DNA from: Amphiscolops sp. MND2022
Lineage: Eukaryota
Length of the DNA: 64,000 nucleotides
Reading direction: 5' to 3'
Assembly: GCA_964187785.1 (NCBI GenBank)
Contig: OZ076409.1
Location: forward strand, 7,318,001 to 7,382,000
In this document: positions 33,001-43,501 of the stretch, one piece after another
Layout: each line of letters starts with the position of its first letter
How positions within the stretch are numbered: the first letter of the stretch is position 1
Program-made: the position numbers and the translations under genes
The notes under the pieces: model-generated
Databases searched by the model: none
What the model was told of the DNA's origin: nothing
Seen by the model: only the letters and a program-made list of their open reading frames with translations

Positions 33001-35668
33001 TAATTTTCGAGTACTTGTCGGTGACGTGCCATTGGAACTGTTTCTGGAATCCCAACCCATCGAAAGAGTTACTGTCCTACAACAGTTTGTCGTACATGTT
33101 ACGAGGATATTCAACAATAGAGTTCAAACTTTCATTCAAAAAATAGTAATGTCAAAGTACGAAGGCTGCTTGCCGGTTTTATTTTATTCATACCGTGTTG
33201 AAATGCAATTACGAGGAATGGCCCATATTCATGGCTGCTTGTGGTTGGATGAAGCGTTTTTGCGTGATTGTAGCTTTTTGAGTGAACAACAGTTAATCAC
33301 CAATCTCATTGACAATTTCATCACTTGTGCATTGCCACCTGAGGCGGATCCCTTGCGGCAAGTTGTTCAAGAAGTTCAAACCCATCATCATACGAAATCG
33401 TGTACGAAGAAATCTTCCTCGTGCAGGTTCGGCTTCCCTAAGTTCCCTTCAGAAGTGACTTTGATAGCTCAGCAACCGGATTCCGAAGATGAGAAGTCCA
33501 TTGAACAGGGTCGTCAGGTACTACAAAAAGCGAAAAGTTTATTACATGGTCCTAATCCGCCACTCACTTTCGAAGATTTCTACGAACAGCTGAACGTCTC
33601 TCGCGAAGTGTATCATTCCGCGCTCTCAATATCTTCAAGAGGAAAAATCGTCATCCTCAAACGGAACCTCAATGAATTGTATATCAACAATTATAATTCA
33701 AAGTGGCTAACGGCGTGGAACGGGAACATGGATCTCCAGTTTTGTTGCGACCCCTATGCCGTGGTTACGTATATTTGTGACTACTACTCGAAGGATGAGA
33801 CAGGCCTCACCGATGTTCTCAAGCAAACTGTCAAACAACTGGACGAGCGTCAATCACCATACGACATGCTCAAAATTCTGAAAAGTGTGTATCTTACTCA
33901 TCGGCAGATTGGAGCTTGCGAGGCGACATATAGACTTCTGAAAAGTTTGCATTTAAAAGACTCAAACATAACTACAGTCTTCTTAACCACTGGTTTTCCG
34001 GAAAATAGGTATCGTTTCTTGAAATGGACAGAGGAACAGGATCCTCAGAATGAGGCTGTACAGATAGAAGGACGAGAAGGATCTTACTTGTGGGCCATGA
34101 CGATACATGAGAAGTACAGCAAACGGCCTTCTGCCCTCATTGACATGTGTTTAGCAGAATTTGTGATCAACTATAAGACTATGCCCTCAGATAAAGTGCC
34201 AAACGAAAACGAATTGTCGCAAAGTAAACATGGTTTGCCACTTTTTGTTGTTTTGAACAATAACGCTGGAGTGATGCGTTTGCGGGAAATTCCATGTGTT
34301 TTGCGATTACATGAGTCCAAAAAGAAGACGGAAAACCACGAGTTTGTTTACTCTGAGTGCTTACTATACTTTCCATGGAAAAATGAAGATGAGCTGCACC
34401 GATATTCATCCGAGGATTCCATCAAATTATACCATGACAATCGAGAAGTGATCGTCAAAAATAAGTGCAAAATTTTCCCCGTTTCGCAAGAAAATGAACT
34501 AATTGAAGAATGTCTCACTTCTGTTGACACAACTGCTCACCGACCTGTCCATATTGGTGACACTCTAGATCCTCAAGGTGAGCAAATGAACGAGGACGAA
34601 TTGGATGAGCTCCTGAACCCTGAATTCAGCAACAGACATCCCGGATCCTTCTCCGCTAATGAGACTTCTGTTTCACGTAGTACACTGCCAACGATAAAGA
34701 TTCTGCAACCGACGGAAATCAGACAATGTATTCGATCGTTACATGAAGAGCAGCGCAAAATTTTTGATGTGATTGCACATTTCGTCCATCAGTTCTTGCG
34801 TGGTGGCAACCCAACGCCTCCACTGTTTATCGTCCAAGGAGAAGCAGGCACTGGAAAGACCAAACTCATCAATACAGTTATGAACTATGTCTCATCTATT
34901 TTAGCTGGTGGTGGTTCGCAACTTGACAAACCAAAAGCGCTGGTCGTCGCTCCGACCGGAATGGCTGCTTCGCTCGTGAACGGAAGTACATTACATTCAA
35001 CGTTTCAACTTAATTTTGGCGATGAACTCACCAATCTTGCTGATAGTTCACTCGACAAATTGAGGTCCACATTGGAAGATCTAGTCATACTGATTGTCGA
35101 TGAAATTAGTATGGTACGTTCGGACCTCTTCTACCAACTTCACGAGAGGCTTCAATCAGTGAAACAAAACGATCGCGTTTTCGGGGGTGTTTCCGTGCTG
35201 CTTTTTGGCGACCTCCTGCAGCTCAAGCCTGTTCGCGGTCGTTTCATTTTTCAACAACCACGCGCTCAAAGATATGCCGAGTACTATGACTTTTTCAATC
35301 TCTGGATGCAGTTTCAGTCTGTCGTCCTCCAAGCTAATCATCGGTTAGGTATTAACATTTCACTAGTATATAAATGTGTACTGCCTTTTCTTTTACCTAT
35401 ACTGTGTTTTAGGCAGAAAGGTGATTGCAAATGGATAGAAACCCTGCAGCGTGTAAGGACTGCTTCGCTAACTGAAGATGACCATACCCTTTTATCATCT
35501 CTACAAGTACCTGACAACAAGCTTTCCCTAGCACCAGACGCTACCCGGATATTTTACACGAATGCCGAAGTGGATTCTTACAATAATGAGAAGCTGAATA
35601 GTTTACCTGGACAAATGTTTGTTTCTAAGTCTGTAGTTACCTCTCCAGTCGGATGTTGTCCTGAATGA
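30005..35668 (+). CDS. Helentron Rep/helicase, 5' copy: JAMM/MPN domain, two zinc fingers, 12-aa repeats, HUH Rep, PIF1 helicase N-half; truncated by the duplication frameshift
   Basis: VETL..GWFHTH..LSAVDCHTQ (JAMM); CTSC..H..C and CVGC..H..C; FFTLS, VEMQLRGMAHIHGCLW, YICDYYSK (Rep); GEAGTGKT, IVDEISMV, FGDLLQLKPV (helicase). Probable intron 35344-35412. Confidence 0.93.
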   Translation: MINLPQEALRILIDIASSNLNDQGNHVETLVFLLAIKEDVDIYTITDVILPTQTSSGVFVEDHGVNNQDSAAFLHNLCNQVPTKFVIGWFHTHVRGTPLMLSAVDCHTQFLYETAVFNGIKAFVLHLPSRSLECYQLTETGLNALRLCTLQYPWKATIQHPECFQSSFYFSLKHLLKIGDTSVTFIDATESKPFSQPLGTYEKFLCGSKLPTTKVLKSCQPSSINQTPDCALKCTSCGKSFRDLRKKRKHLSRTKCIESVASNNALSQPVPPVDPVKYLEQPCVGCSTIFQNQKEAFQHFSRSACRTLYKTVLAQRKRLKKQIYDRARTEKDIRQPRSVKMMTSIRNKTQYEKNRMKLKRKYVVSLKDKLKKKYQDKFKEQLRLKYLIHCKEIRRMKYQETLQSKLKKKYQMDLKEALSHKYRHGLKEKLRVKYQTKLEESLKVKYHALLKEPLRRKYQTSLKEPLKLKYQTSLKEPLKLKYQTSLKEPLKMKYQTSLKEPLKLKYRASLEEPLKIKYQASLKEPLRIKYQECLREPLRIKYQESIKELSQLKYRVKKSTKTFGELLNEFRRGMCLGLTFECICCERVLFENGVVKLSESAFSRLDKQLIARSINSELLSGPKFLSHCCHRNLQKGELPSMSAQNSLTIESIPEELKLSDFEMQLIAKDLLFMKIFNLPKSRMPAVKDKVINVPLPHTDLENTTKILPRNLDDSLLVNVQFKRCKDFKNVHSEALVRPHMLLKALAWLQSSGNLFYNDVVLNEKFCLDETALFATDEQPEDDQEAAQTKNEDNLDTCLIPQNSAAHVISNYGVVRRVVSETIVVAPGENKLPTNWLANVDFEAKSFPCFFPSGKFTLSDTREVRISSQQYFSQRIMNKNPRFAEDSSYLFAAQQRVEREQLERQCDIFFRKGKTERLDNDTVKVSQDDIQTVFQRIRGTSQYWRVARNELIAKVKQLGPFQYFFTLSCAEMRWSEVFATILKSQGHTISIETKFDPNGNNFRVLVGDVPLELFLESQPIERVTVLQQFVVHVTRIFNNRVQTFIQKIVMSKYEGCLPVLFYSYRVEMQLRGMAHIHGCLWLDEAFLRDCSFLSEQQLITNLIDNFITCALPPEADPLRQVVQEVQTHHHTKSCTKKSSSCRFGFPKFPSEVTLIAQQPDSEDEKSIEQGRQVLQKAKSLLHGPNPPLTFEDFYEQLNVSREVYHSALSISSRGKIVILKRNLNELYINNYNSKWLTAWNGNMDLQFCCDPYAVVTYICDYYSKDETGLTDVLKQTVKQLDERQSPYDMLKILKSVYLTHRQIGACEATYRLLKSLHLKDSNITTVFLTTGFPENRYRFLKWTEEQDPQNEAVQIEGREGSYLWAMTIHEKYSKRPSALIDMCLAEFVINYKTMPSDKVPNENELSQSKHGLPLFVVLNNNAGVMRLREIPCVLRLHESKKKTENHEFVYSECLLYFPWKNEDELHRYSSEDSIKLYHDNREVIVKNKCKIFPVSQENELIEECLTSVDTTAHRPVHIGDTLDPQGEQMNEDELDELLNPEFSNRHPGSFSANETSVSRSTLPTIKILQPTEIRQCIRSLHEEQRKIFDVIAHFVHQFLRGGNPTPPLFIVQGEAGTGKTKLINTVMNYVSSILAGGGSQLDKPKALVVAPTGMAASLVNGSTLHSTFQLNFGDELTNLADSSLDKLRSTLEDLVILIVDEISMVRSDLFYQLHERLQSVKQNDRVFGGVSVLLFGDLLQLKPVRGRFIFQQPRAQRYAEYYDFFNLWMQFQSVVLQANHRLGINISLVYKCVLPFLLPILCFRQKGDCKWIETLQRVRTASLTEDDHTLLSSLQVPDNKLSLAPDATRIFYTNAEVDSYNNEKLNSLPGQMFVSKSVVTSPVGCCPE
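31372..31640 (+). repeat. Coding 36-bp tandem repeat (KYQTSLKEPLKL), with degenerate units extending upstream
   Basis: aaataccagacttcgttgaaggaacctctgaaactg units; KY recurs every 12 aa from about 31085. Confidence 0.9.
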
Positions 35669-38600
35669 AAAGTTTTGTCTGGACGAAACTGCCCTTTTTG
35701 CAACCGATGAGCAGCCGGAAGACGACCAGGAAGCAGCTCAAACGAAAAACGAAGATAACTTGGACACATGTCTCATTCCTCAGAACTCGGCTGCTCACGT
35801 GATTTCGAATTATGGTGTTGTCCGCAGAGTTGTCTCGGAAACTATTGTTGTCGCTCCAGGAGAGAACAAACTTCCGACGAACTGGTTGGCTAATGTGGAC
35901 TTCGAAGCCAAGTCCTTTCCTTGCTTTTTCCCGTCCGGAAAATTTACATTGAGTGATACCCGGGAGGTGAGAATTAGTTCGCAGCAATATTTCAGTCAGA
36001 GAATTATGAACAAAAACCCTCGTTTCGCTGAAGACAGTAGCTATTTGTTTGCTGCTCAGCAGCGAGTAGAAAGAGAACAACTGGAACGACAATGCGATAT
36101 TTTTTTTCGCAAAGGGAAAACAGAACGTTTGGATAATGACACCGTCAAAGTAAGCCAAGATGACATACAAACAGTCTTTCAGCGAATTCGTGGAACTAGT
36201 CAATACTGGAGGGTCGCTCGTAATGAATTAATTGCAAAAGTTAAGCAGCTCGGTCCTTTCCAGTACTTTTTCACGCTCTCATGTGCTGAAATGAGGTGGT
36301 CCGAGGTTTTCGCGACGATTCTGAAATCACAAGGACATACAATCAGCATTGAAACCAAGTTTGACCCAAATGGTAATAATTTTCGAGTACTTGTCGGTGA
36401 CGTGCCATTGGAACTGTTTCTGGAATCCCAACCCATCGAAAGAGTTACTGTCCTACAACAGTTTGTCGTACATGTTACGAGGATATTCAACAATAGAGTT
36501 CAAACTTTCATTCAAAAAATAGTAATGTCAAAGTACGAAGGCTGCTTGCCGGTTTTATTTTATTCATACCGTGTTGAAATGCAATTACGAGGAATGGCCC
36601 ATATTCATGGCTGCTTGTGGTTGGATGAAGCGTTTTTGCGTGATTGTAGCTTTTTGAGTGAACAACAGTTAATCACCAATCTCATTGACAATTTCATCAC
36701 TTGTGCATTGCCACCTGAGGCGGATCCCTTGCGGCAAGTTGTTCAAGAAGTTCAAACCCATCATCATACGAAATCGTGTACGAAGAAATCTTCCTCGTGC
36801 AGGTTCGGCTTCCCTAAGTTCCCTTCAGAAGTGACTTTGATAGCTCAGCAACCGGATTCCGAAGATGAGAAGTCCATTGAACAGGGTCGTCAGGTACTAC
36901 AAAAAGCGAAAAGTTTATTACATGGTCCTAATCCGCCACTCACTTTCGAAGATTTCTACGAACAGCTGAACGTCTCTCGCGAAGTGTATCATTCCGCGCT
37001 CTCAATATCTTCAAGAGGAAAAATCGTCATCCTCAAACGGAACCTCAATGAATTGTATATCAACAATTATAATTCAAAGTGGCTAACGGCGTGGAACGGG
37101 AACATGGATCTCCAGTTTTGTTGCGACCCCTATGCCGTGGTTACGTATATTTGTGACTACTACTCGAAGGATGAGACAGGCCTCACCGATGTTCTCAAGC
37201 AAACTGTCAAACAACTGGACGAGCGTCAATCACCATACGACATGCTCAAAATTCTGAAAAGTGTGTATCTTACTCATCGGCAGATTGGAGCTTGCGAGGC
37301 GACATATAGACTTCTGAAAAGTTTGCATTTAAAAGACTCAAACATAACTACAGTCTTCTTAACCACTGGTTTTCCGGAAAATAGGTATCGTTTCTTGAAA
37401 TGGACAGAGGAACAGGATCCTCAGAATGAGGCTGTACAGATAGAAGGACGAGAAGGATCTTACTTGTGGGCCATGACGATACATGAGAAGTACAGCAAAC
37501 GGCCTTCTGCCCTCATTGACATGTGTTTAGCAGAATTTGTGATCAACTATAAGACTATGCCCTCAGATAAAGTGCCAAACGAAAACGAATTGTCGCAAAG
37601 TAAACATGGTTTGCCACTTTTTGTTGTTTTGAACGATAACGCTGGAGTGATGCGTTTGCGGGAAATTCCATGTGTTTTGCGATTACATGAGTCCAAAAAG
37701 AAGACGGAAAACCACGAGTTTGTTTACTCTGAGTGCTTACTATACTTTCCATGGAAAAATGAAGATGAGCTGCACCGATATTCATCCGAGGATTCCATCA
37801 AATTATACCATGACAATCGAGAAGTGATCGTCAAAAATAAGTGCAAAATTTTCCCCGTTTCGCAAGAAAATGAACTAATTGAAGAATGTCTCACTTCTGT
37901 TGACACAACTGCTCACCGACCTGTCCATATTGGTGACACTCTAGATCCTCAAGGTGAGCAAATGAACGAGGACGAATTGGATGAGCTCCTGAACCCTGAA
38001 TTCAGAAACAGACATCCCGGATCCTTCTCCGCTAATGAGACTTCTGTTTCACGTAGTACACTGCCAACGATAAAGATTCTGCAACCGACGGAAATCAGAC
38101 AATGTATTCGATCGTTACATGAAGAGCAGCGCAAAATTTTTGATGTGATTGCACATTTCGTCCATCAGTTCTTGCGTGGTGGCAACCCAACGCCTCCACT
38201 GTTTATCGTCCAAGGAGAAGCAGGCACTGGAAAGACCAAACTCATCAATACAGTTATGAACTATGTCTCATCTATTTTAGCTGGTGGTGGTTCGCAACTT
38301 GACAAACCAAAAGCGCTGGTCGTCGCTCCGACCGGAATGGCTGCTTCGCTCGTGAACGGAAGTACATTACATTCAACGTTTCAACTTAATTTTGGCGATG
38401 AACTCACCAATCTTGCTGATAGTTCACTCGACAAATTGAGGTCCACATTGGAAGATCTAGTCATACTGATTGTCGATGAAATTAGTATGGTACGTTCGGA
38501 CCTCTTCTACCAACTTCACGAGAGGCTTCAATCAGTGAAACAAAACGATCGCGTTTTCGGGGGTGTTTCCGTGCTGCTTTTTGGCGACCTCCTGCAGCTC

Positions 38601-39027
38601 AAGCCTGTTCGCGGTCGTTTCATTTTTCAACAACCACGCGCTCAAAGATATGCCGAGTACTATGACTTTTTCAATCTCTGGATGCAGTTTCAGTCTGTCG
38701 TCCTCCAAGCTAATCATCGGTTAGGTATTAACATTTCACTAGTATATAAATGTGTACTGCCTTTTCTTTTACCTATACTGTGTTTTAGGCAGAAAGGTGA
38801 TTGCAAATGGATAGAAACCCTGCAGCGTGTAAGGACTGCTTCGCTAACTGAAGATGACCATACCCTTTTATCATCTCTACAAGTACCTGACAACAAGCTT
38901 TCCCTAGCACCAGACGCTACCCGGATATTTTACACGAATGCCGAAGTGGATTCTTACAATAATGAGAAGCTGAATAGTTTACCTGGACAAATGTTTGTTT
39001 CTAAGTCTGTAGTTACCTCTCCAGTCG
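32276..39027 (+). repeat. Tandem duplication, 2 x 3376 bp (32276-35651 and 35652-39027)
   Basis: Constant 3376-bp offset between identical ORFs; GATGT at 32276, 35652 and 39028. Confidence 0.95.
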
Positions 39028-40232
39028 GATGTCGACCAAAAATAACGCGTGGGAAAATTGATGACACGGCTTTTAATGACTTGGTCAGTTTGAAAGTGGG
39101 ATCTCGCGTGATGTTGATCTATAATGTAGATGTCAAAGATGGCCTAACCAACGGCCAGTTGGGAACAATTGTGGACATCATTTCCTCTGACTCGTGTCGA
39201 ATTGATTGTGTGCTAGTTAGTTTCGATGACAAGAACGTCGGTACCTCTCTTGCCCACCAGTACCCGCAATTTCAAAAGACTTACCCGGGGGCTGTTCCGA
39301 TTTTCAAAACTTTCGTATCCTACCAGCTTGGTGGAAAAAGTCAACATGGTGCCCGCTCACATTTGCTACAACTCCCCCTCCGCCTCGCTTGGGCTCTAAC
39401 TTGCCATAAAGTACAGGGTCAAACTTTTCCTTCTGGACAAAAAATAATTATCAAATGGGATCGAAGTCTACAACCTGGAATGGCATACGTCATGCTTAGC
39501 CGGGCCAAAAGTATGTCGGACATTTCAATAACAGGCGACTTCTCTTCACGACAAATAAGATGTAAGGCTGAGGCCAAGCTAATGTGCGAATTTCTGCAGC
39601 TTCCCGAAAGGTCAGCAACATCTACCGCAAACATTTTCATGAACAGTTCTAAGCTGAGAGTTTGTTGCCTAAATATCCAGTCTTTAAATGCCATTATTGA
39701 AGATCTTAAGGCAGATTATCTCATCAATTCTTGTGACTATCTTCTGCTGACTGAAACCTGGCTAGAGACGAGTCATCCAGTTCCTGACTTGCAGACTAGA
39801 TTTTTGAAATCCAAACATCTGAAGGAAGGCAGAGGGCGAGGTTTAAGTGTTTATTCGACTCATACAAACTGCGAAATACAACTTCATAACTCAATGATCA
39901 AAATTCTTCTAACGGCTGCGAATTTCTCAGTTATTGGAGTCTATAGAAACCATCAATGTCCTTTCTCATTTTTCCTGTATAACTTGCAAAACTGTATCAC
40001 CGATGAAACTGCTATCATCATGGGAGATTTCAACTACCCGGACTCAACTCGCATTGGAGGCTTCCTTGAAAAGCTCGGCTTCAGGCAGCTTGTCGCTTCG
40101 CCCACGCATTGTGCAGGCAACAAACTCGATCTCTGTTTCGTGAGATTTATTGACGTCTCACTATTTCTTCATCCTTGCTACTATTCCCATCACGATTGTA
40201 TTTGTTTAACTGTCAATAGCATCGAGTCCTAA
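35760..40232 (+). CDS. Helentron Rep/helicase, 3' copy: HUH Rep, complete PIF1 helicase and C-terminal AP-like (EEP) endonuclease
   Basis: Same Rep and helicase motifs plus LPLRLAWALTCHKVQGQT and AYVMLSR; EEP motifs LNIQSL, LTETWL, MGDFN, KLDLCF, YSHHD. Probable intron 38720-38788. Confidence 0.93.
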   Translation: MDTCLIPQNSAAHVISNYGVVRRVVSETIVVAPGENKLPTNWLANVDFEAKSFPCFFPSGKFTLSDTREVRISSQQYFSQRIMNKNPRFAEDSSYLFAAQQRVEREQLERQCDIFFRKGKTERLDNDTVKVSQDDIQTVFQRIRGTSQYWRVARNELIAKVKQLGPFQYFFTLSCAEMRWSEVFATILKSQGHTISIETKFDPNGNNFRVLVGDVPLELFLESQPIERVTVLQQFVVHVTRIFNNRVQTFIQKIVMSKYEGCLPVLFYSYRVEMQLRGMAHIHGCLWLDEAFLRDCSFLSEQQLITNLIDNFITCALPPEADPLRQVVQEVQTHHHTKSCTKKSSSCRFGFPKFPSEVTLIAQQPDSEDEKSIEQGRQVLQKAKSLLHGPNPPLTFEDFYEQLNVSREVYHSALSISSRGKIVILKRNLNELYINNYNSKWLTAWNGNMDLQFCCDPYAVVTYICDYYSKDETGLTDVLKQTVKQLDERQSPYDMLKILKSVYLTHRQIGACEATYRLLKSLHLKDSNITTVFLTTGFPENRYRFLKWTEEQDPQNEAVQIEGREGSYLWAMTIHEKYSKRPSALIDMCLAEFVINYKTMPSDKVPNENELSQSKHGLPLFVVLNDNAGVMRLREIPCVLRLHESKKKTENHEFVYSECLLYFPWKNEDELHRYSSEDSIKLYHDNREVIVKNKCKIFPVSQENELIEECLTSVDTTAHRPVHIGDTLDPQGEQMNEDELDELLNPEFRNRHPGSFSANETSVSRSTLPTIKILQPTEIRQCIRSLHEEQRKIFDVIAHFVHQFLRGGNPTPPLFIVQGEAGTGKTKLINTVMNYVSSILAGGGSQLDKPKALVVAPTGMAASLVNGSTLHSTFQLNFGDELTNLADSSLDKLRSTLEDLVILIVDEISMVRSDLFYQLHERLQSVKQNDRVFGGVSVLLFGDLLQLKPVRGRFIFQQPRAQRYAEYYDFFNLWMQFQSVVLQANHRLGINISLVYKCVLPFLLPILCFRQKGDCKWIETLQRVRTASLTEDDHTLLSSLQVPDNKLSLAPDATRIFYTNAEVDSYNNEKLNSLPGQMFVSKSVVTSPVGCRPKITRGKIDDTAFNDLVSLKVGSRVMLIYNVDVKDGLTNGQLGTIVDIISSDSCRIDCVLVSFDDKNVGTSLAHQYPQFQKTYPGAVPIFKTFVSYQLGGKSQHGARSHLLQLPLRLAWALTCHKVQGQTFPSGQKIIIKWDRSLQPGMAYVMLSRAKSMSDISITGDFSSRQIRCKAEAKLMCEFLQLPERSATSTANIFMNSSKLRVCCLNIQSLNAIIEDLKADYLINSCDYLLLTETWLETSHPVPDLQTRFLKSKHLKEGRGRGLSVYSTHTNCEIQLHNSMIKILLTAANFSVIGVYRNHQCPFSFFLYNLQNCITDETAIIMGDFNYPDSTRIGGFLEKLGFRQLVASPTHCAGNKLDLCFVRFIDVSLFLHPCYYSHHDCICLTVNSIES

Positions 40233-40429
40233 TCTTCATCTTTTCTTTGTTATGTTAAGAATGTTAAATGTTGATTTATCTGAAGTTTGTTTTAAATGTC
40301 CAGTTTTCGAATTCAATTTTGTTTACAGAATTTTTTGTGTAGAAACTCGGTGAAGCATCTGTTACACGAATAGAATAACAGTCATATCAAGTGTTTCAAG
40401 TTCTTAGCCGAGAGTGTAACCCGCATTTT

Positions 40430-40520
40430 AGTTTGGATTTAACTTTTCAAAGTTGGGATGTAACCTTTTCAAAGTTCGGTTGTAACAATATAACGTTTTC
40501 AAAGTTTGGATATAACGTTT
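40430..40520 (+). repeat. ~22-bp minisatellite in the Helentron 3' region
   Basis: About four taacgttttcaaagtt(t/c)ggata-like units. Confidence 0.7.
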
Positions 40521-40819
40521 TCAAAGTTCGAATATAATGTTTCCCTTGGATGTGCATTTTTTGAAGTTTTCGATTTGTAAAAAACGTTTAATGAGCCTAA
40601 ATGACCTGTTTTGGGTTTTTCGGCATCATGCGACTTTTTTATCAAATACTTTTTTGAGGGTAAAAATTAATTTTTCCAAGTGTTTCCAATAGTTGTTCTT
40701 TGAATCATTTTGACCCTAATATATGGCGCCGACTTGGGACGTTCCCGTCTTGTTCTCTATAGGCTTCTTGTATCATTACCCAAAAATCTCTCGGTGCCAC
40801 TGCGCATTTTGCTTGCAAG

Positions 40820-41434
40820 TTTTTAGTCAGCGCTTTTCTAGTGAAAAGTGCCCGGCTATTGAAGTGGCTTGTTATTTCTTTTTTTTTCGTCAGACCACAG
40901 AGCTCATCGCGTATGTACCACTTTTTACAGAAACTGATAAGTTCACTCAGGCCAATGCAATTTTACTGCAAAGGGTCCCCCTTTCGTTTTTTACCTTTTT
41001 TACGTAACCTACAAAACCGGAAGACTCCAAAGGATCCCCCCTTTCAATTTTTTTTCGGCACTGTGCGAATTTTTTTTCGAAAATTTTTAATGTCTCAAAA
41101 GAGTCCCCCCTTCGGGTTTTTTGATATTTTGCAACAGAAAGTATGGTAATGAATCCCAAAGGGTCCCCTTTTTTCATTTTTCGGCACTATGCGAAGTTTT
41201 CGAAGTTTTTTCCAAAAAAAATTTCAAAAATAATTTTTTCAAAAAAATTTTCAATTTTTTTTGTTTCCAGTCGGGAAAAGTGATTTTCCAGTCATATCGA
41301 GCATGAAAGGCACATTTTGGGTGTCTCGAAAGTGTTTTCAAAGCTTTTCATGAATACATCCTGGGCATATTTAGAAAACTCTGCGTTTTTTGAGCCTTAG
41401 ATATAGCGCCGACTTTAGACGTTCCCGTCTTGTT
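40820..41434 (+). mobile_element. HINE (non-autonomous Helentron)
   Basis: 5' ttttagtcagcgcttttctagtgaaaag; 3' atatagcgccgactttagacgttcccgtcttgtt. Confidence 0.8.
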
Positions 41435-41872
41435 TTTTTTTCGTCAGACCACAGACCTCACTCTGCATGTACCACTTTTTGTGCACTGTGCACTTTTACC
41501 AAAAAAACTTAGTACTTGATTTCGAACGCATCCAAAGCCTCCAACATGAAATACAAAATCATTGCAAATCAGAAAGGTCCCCCTTTCCAATTTTTTCGGC
41601 ACTATGAGACTTTTTTCGAAAATTTGTTAATGTCCCAAAAGGGCCCCTTTCAATTTTTTTGATATTTTGCAAAAAAATGGATGTTTAAAAAACCCGAAGG
41701 GTCTCCTCTTCTATTTTCGGCATTGTGAGATTTTTCAAATTGATTATTTTTTGTCTTAAATTATGTTTTCTCAATATATACCCACAAACAATTTCTTCAA
41801 TACTATCCGAAATTTTTTCTTCTGCTCTAATGGGTTAACATTAGCAAGTTTTTTTTCTGTTTTGATGGTAAC

Positions 41873-42056
41873 CTCCGTTTCAGTTCCGAGTAGGAAATGT
41901 CAGGTAGCGGAGACTCGGGAGGCGATTCTGGCGACGAAGACTTCTCCTGTGGTTCGCTACTCATCAGCTTTCTTCGGGGACTTTTGATTCGCTGACGACT
42001 CAGGGACCCACGCTTCGTCAACTCGTGCTTTTCAAGCATCACCTGCGAGTCTTCGC
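41873..42056 (-). CDS. Candidate internal exon (184 nt, phase 1-2) of a host gene
   Basis: Acceptor tttgctccttccag; open Ser/Pro/Arg-rich frame EDSQVMLEK...SELKR; donor gttacc; GC-rich island. Confidence 0.45.
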
Positions 42057-43501
42057 CTGGAAGGAGCAAAAAATAATGATAACCCGCAAAACATACTGCG
42101 CCAAACTGATGTTTTCAAGACTGTGCATTAGACCAGAACCGCATGTGCGGTAAAAGACCAGGAAACGGGTTAAAATATTGAAAACTTAATTACGTACTTT
42201 GTCATTTGGTCATTTTTGGACTAATTTTGGCTATGTTTCTCAGATCCCAATCATACCATTTTGATGGGATTGCACAATAGGACTCTAATATGGAGTAGAA
42301 TGGCTGTAGAAAATTTCTTTCGAATGGTACGGAGTTTTTGAGAAAATCGAAAAGTCCAAAAATGGTCGAAACGTCCGTGCTTCTCAGATCCTTCTCAGAT
42401 CTGTGGATTGAGTGCAATAAAACGAGTACAATGATGAACGATTGGCCCTCCCAGATATAATGAGACGTTGATATTTTGAACCAAATAGAAGATTTTCCAA
42501 AAAATACTCAGTGCAAAAAATCTTGAAACTCTTGGCAAAATATTGCATGTTCTTGCATATTCACTTTTACTCTTGGAAATCTTGATGTGATCTTGTTTAT
42601 TCTTATCAAGGCTTTCACGAAAATGCAAAATTCTTATCAACAGCTTCAGAATTTTATACACTGGGACTACTCAGAGAGAGTTTTCAGACTTTTATTAAAT
42701 TTACAATAGGATTTTTGGAAACAATATGACGAAAATGCGGAAAATCAAGCACATTAATTTTGTGGAAAAAATATGTAAGTTTTTTGTGACTGTGTGCTGC
42801 ACCGCACAGAATGAAAACCATTTATAGTTTCATGCAGTTTCCCCTTGCTATAATTCTAATCAGGAAACAATGATACTTCAATTATTGATTGTTGGTTTCA
42901 ACGATGCTTTAACAGTTTCAAATGACATCTTCTGGAAGCAGAATTGATGCCTAAAACCCTAATTAGCATCCCGGTACGTATTTGCACCACTTAAGATCTG
43001 CAAACTTCTAAAGGCACCAGCCCACCGTATGGTAAAGAAAACTCTTGAATAAGATTTTCAGACAACATTACATAGCTTTGCCCGCATTTTCACGGATTGT
43101 TGACTTGATGTCTCCAAGATCAAAAAGACAGGACCAAAAAAATCAATTAGAAAACTGCGCAAAATATCAGTTTTTCCTGTTTTCTTGTGTGGCCACTTTT
43201 TAGTACTGGGGACAAGATAAAGTCAAAGGGGCCCTAGCATGTTTTCGAAAAAGCTGAATCCCAGCAGTTTAAATAACAAAATGGAAGCCTTCATTGTCTT
43301 CTTTTGAACGCGCTAAAAATCGTTAGTCGTTAGTTGGACGCATCCAGAAATTTCAACCTCCATTCCGGGTTAAATATCGATGATGCTTTTATCTATTGAG
43401 GACGTTATTCCTTACACGCTACTCCTTCTCCTCCACAAGAGTGCGGAAAATAGAGTTCAAATACTTTTCATTAGAGTACAAATCCATACGATTCCATACC
43501 T

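Larger units (their letters stand above)
26434..40754 (+). mobile_element. Helentron (Helitron2, endonuclease-encoding rolling-circle transposon)
   Basis: Subterminal inverted repeats agtcggcgcc (26438-26447) / ggcgccgact (40725-40734); 5' partial IR gcccgact; 3' hairpin gggacgttccc; T-rich ends; encloses a Rep-PIF1 helicase-APE ORF. Confidence 0.88.

Noticed and set aside
35344..35412. Transmembrane segment in the helicase
   Set aside because: Better explained as a GT-AG intron splitting the conserved RQ motif.
32237..36203. Minus-strand 196-aa and 188-aa ORFs and similar antisense ORFs over pol and RepHel
   Set aside because: Shadow frames of long sense ORFs with no recognisable motifs.
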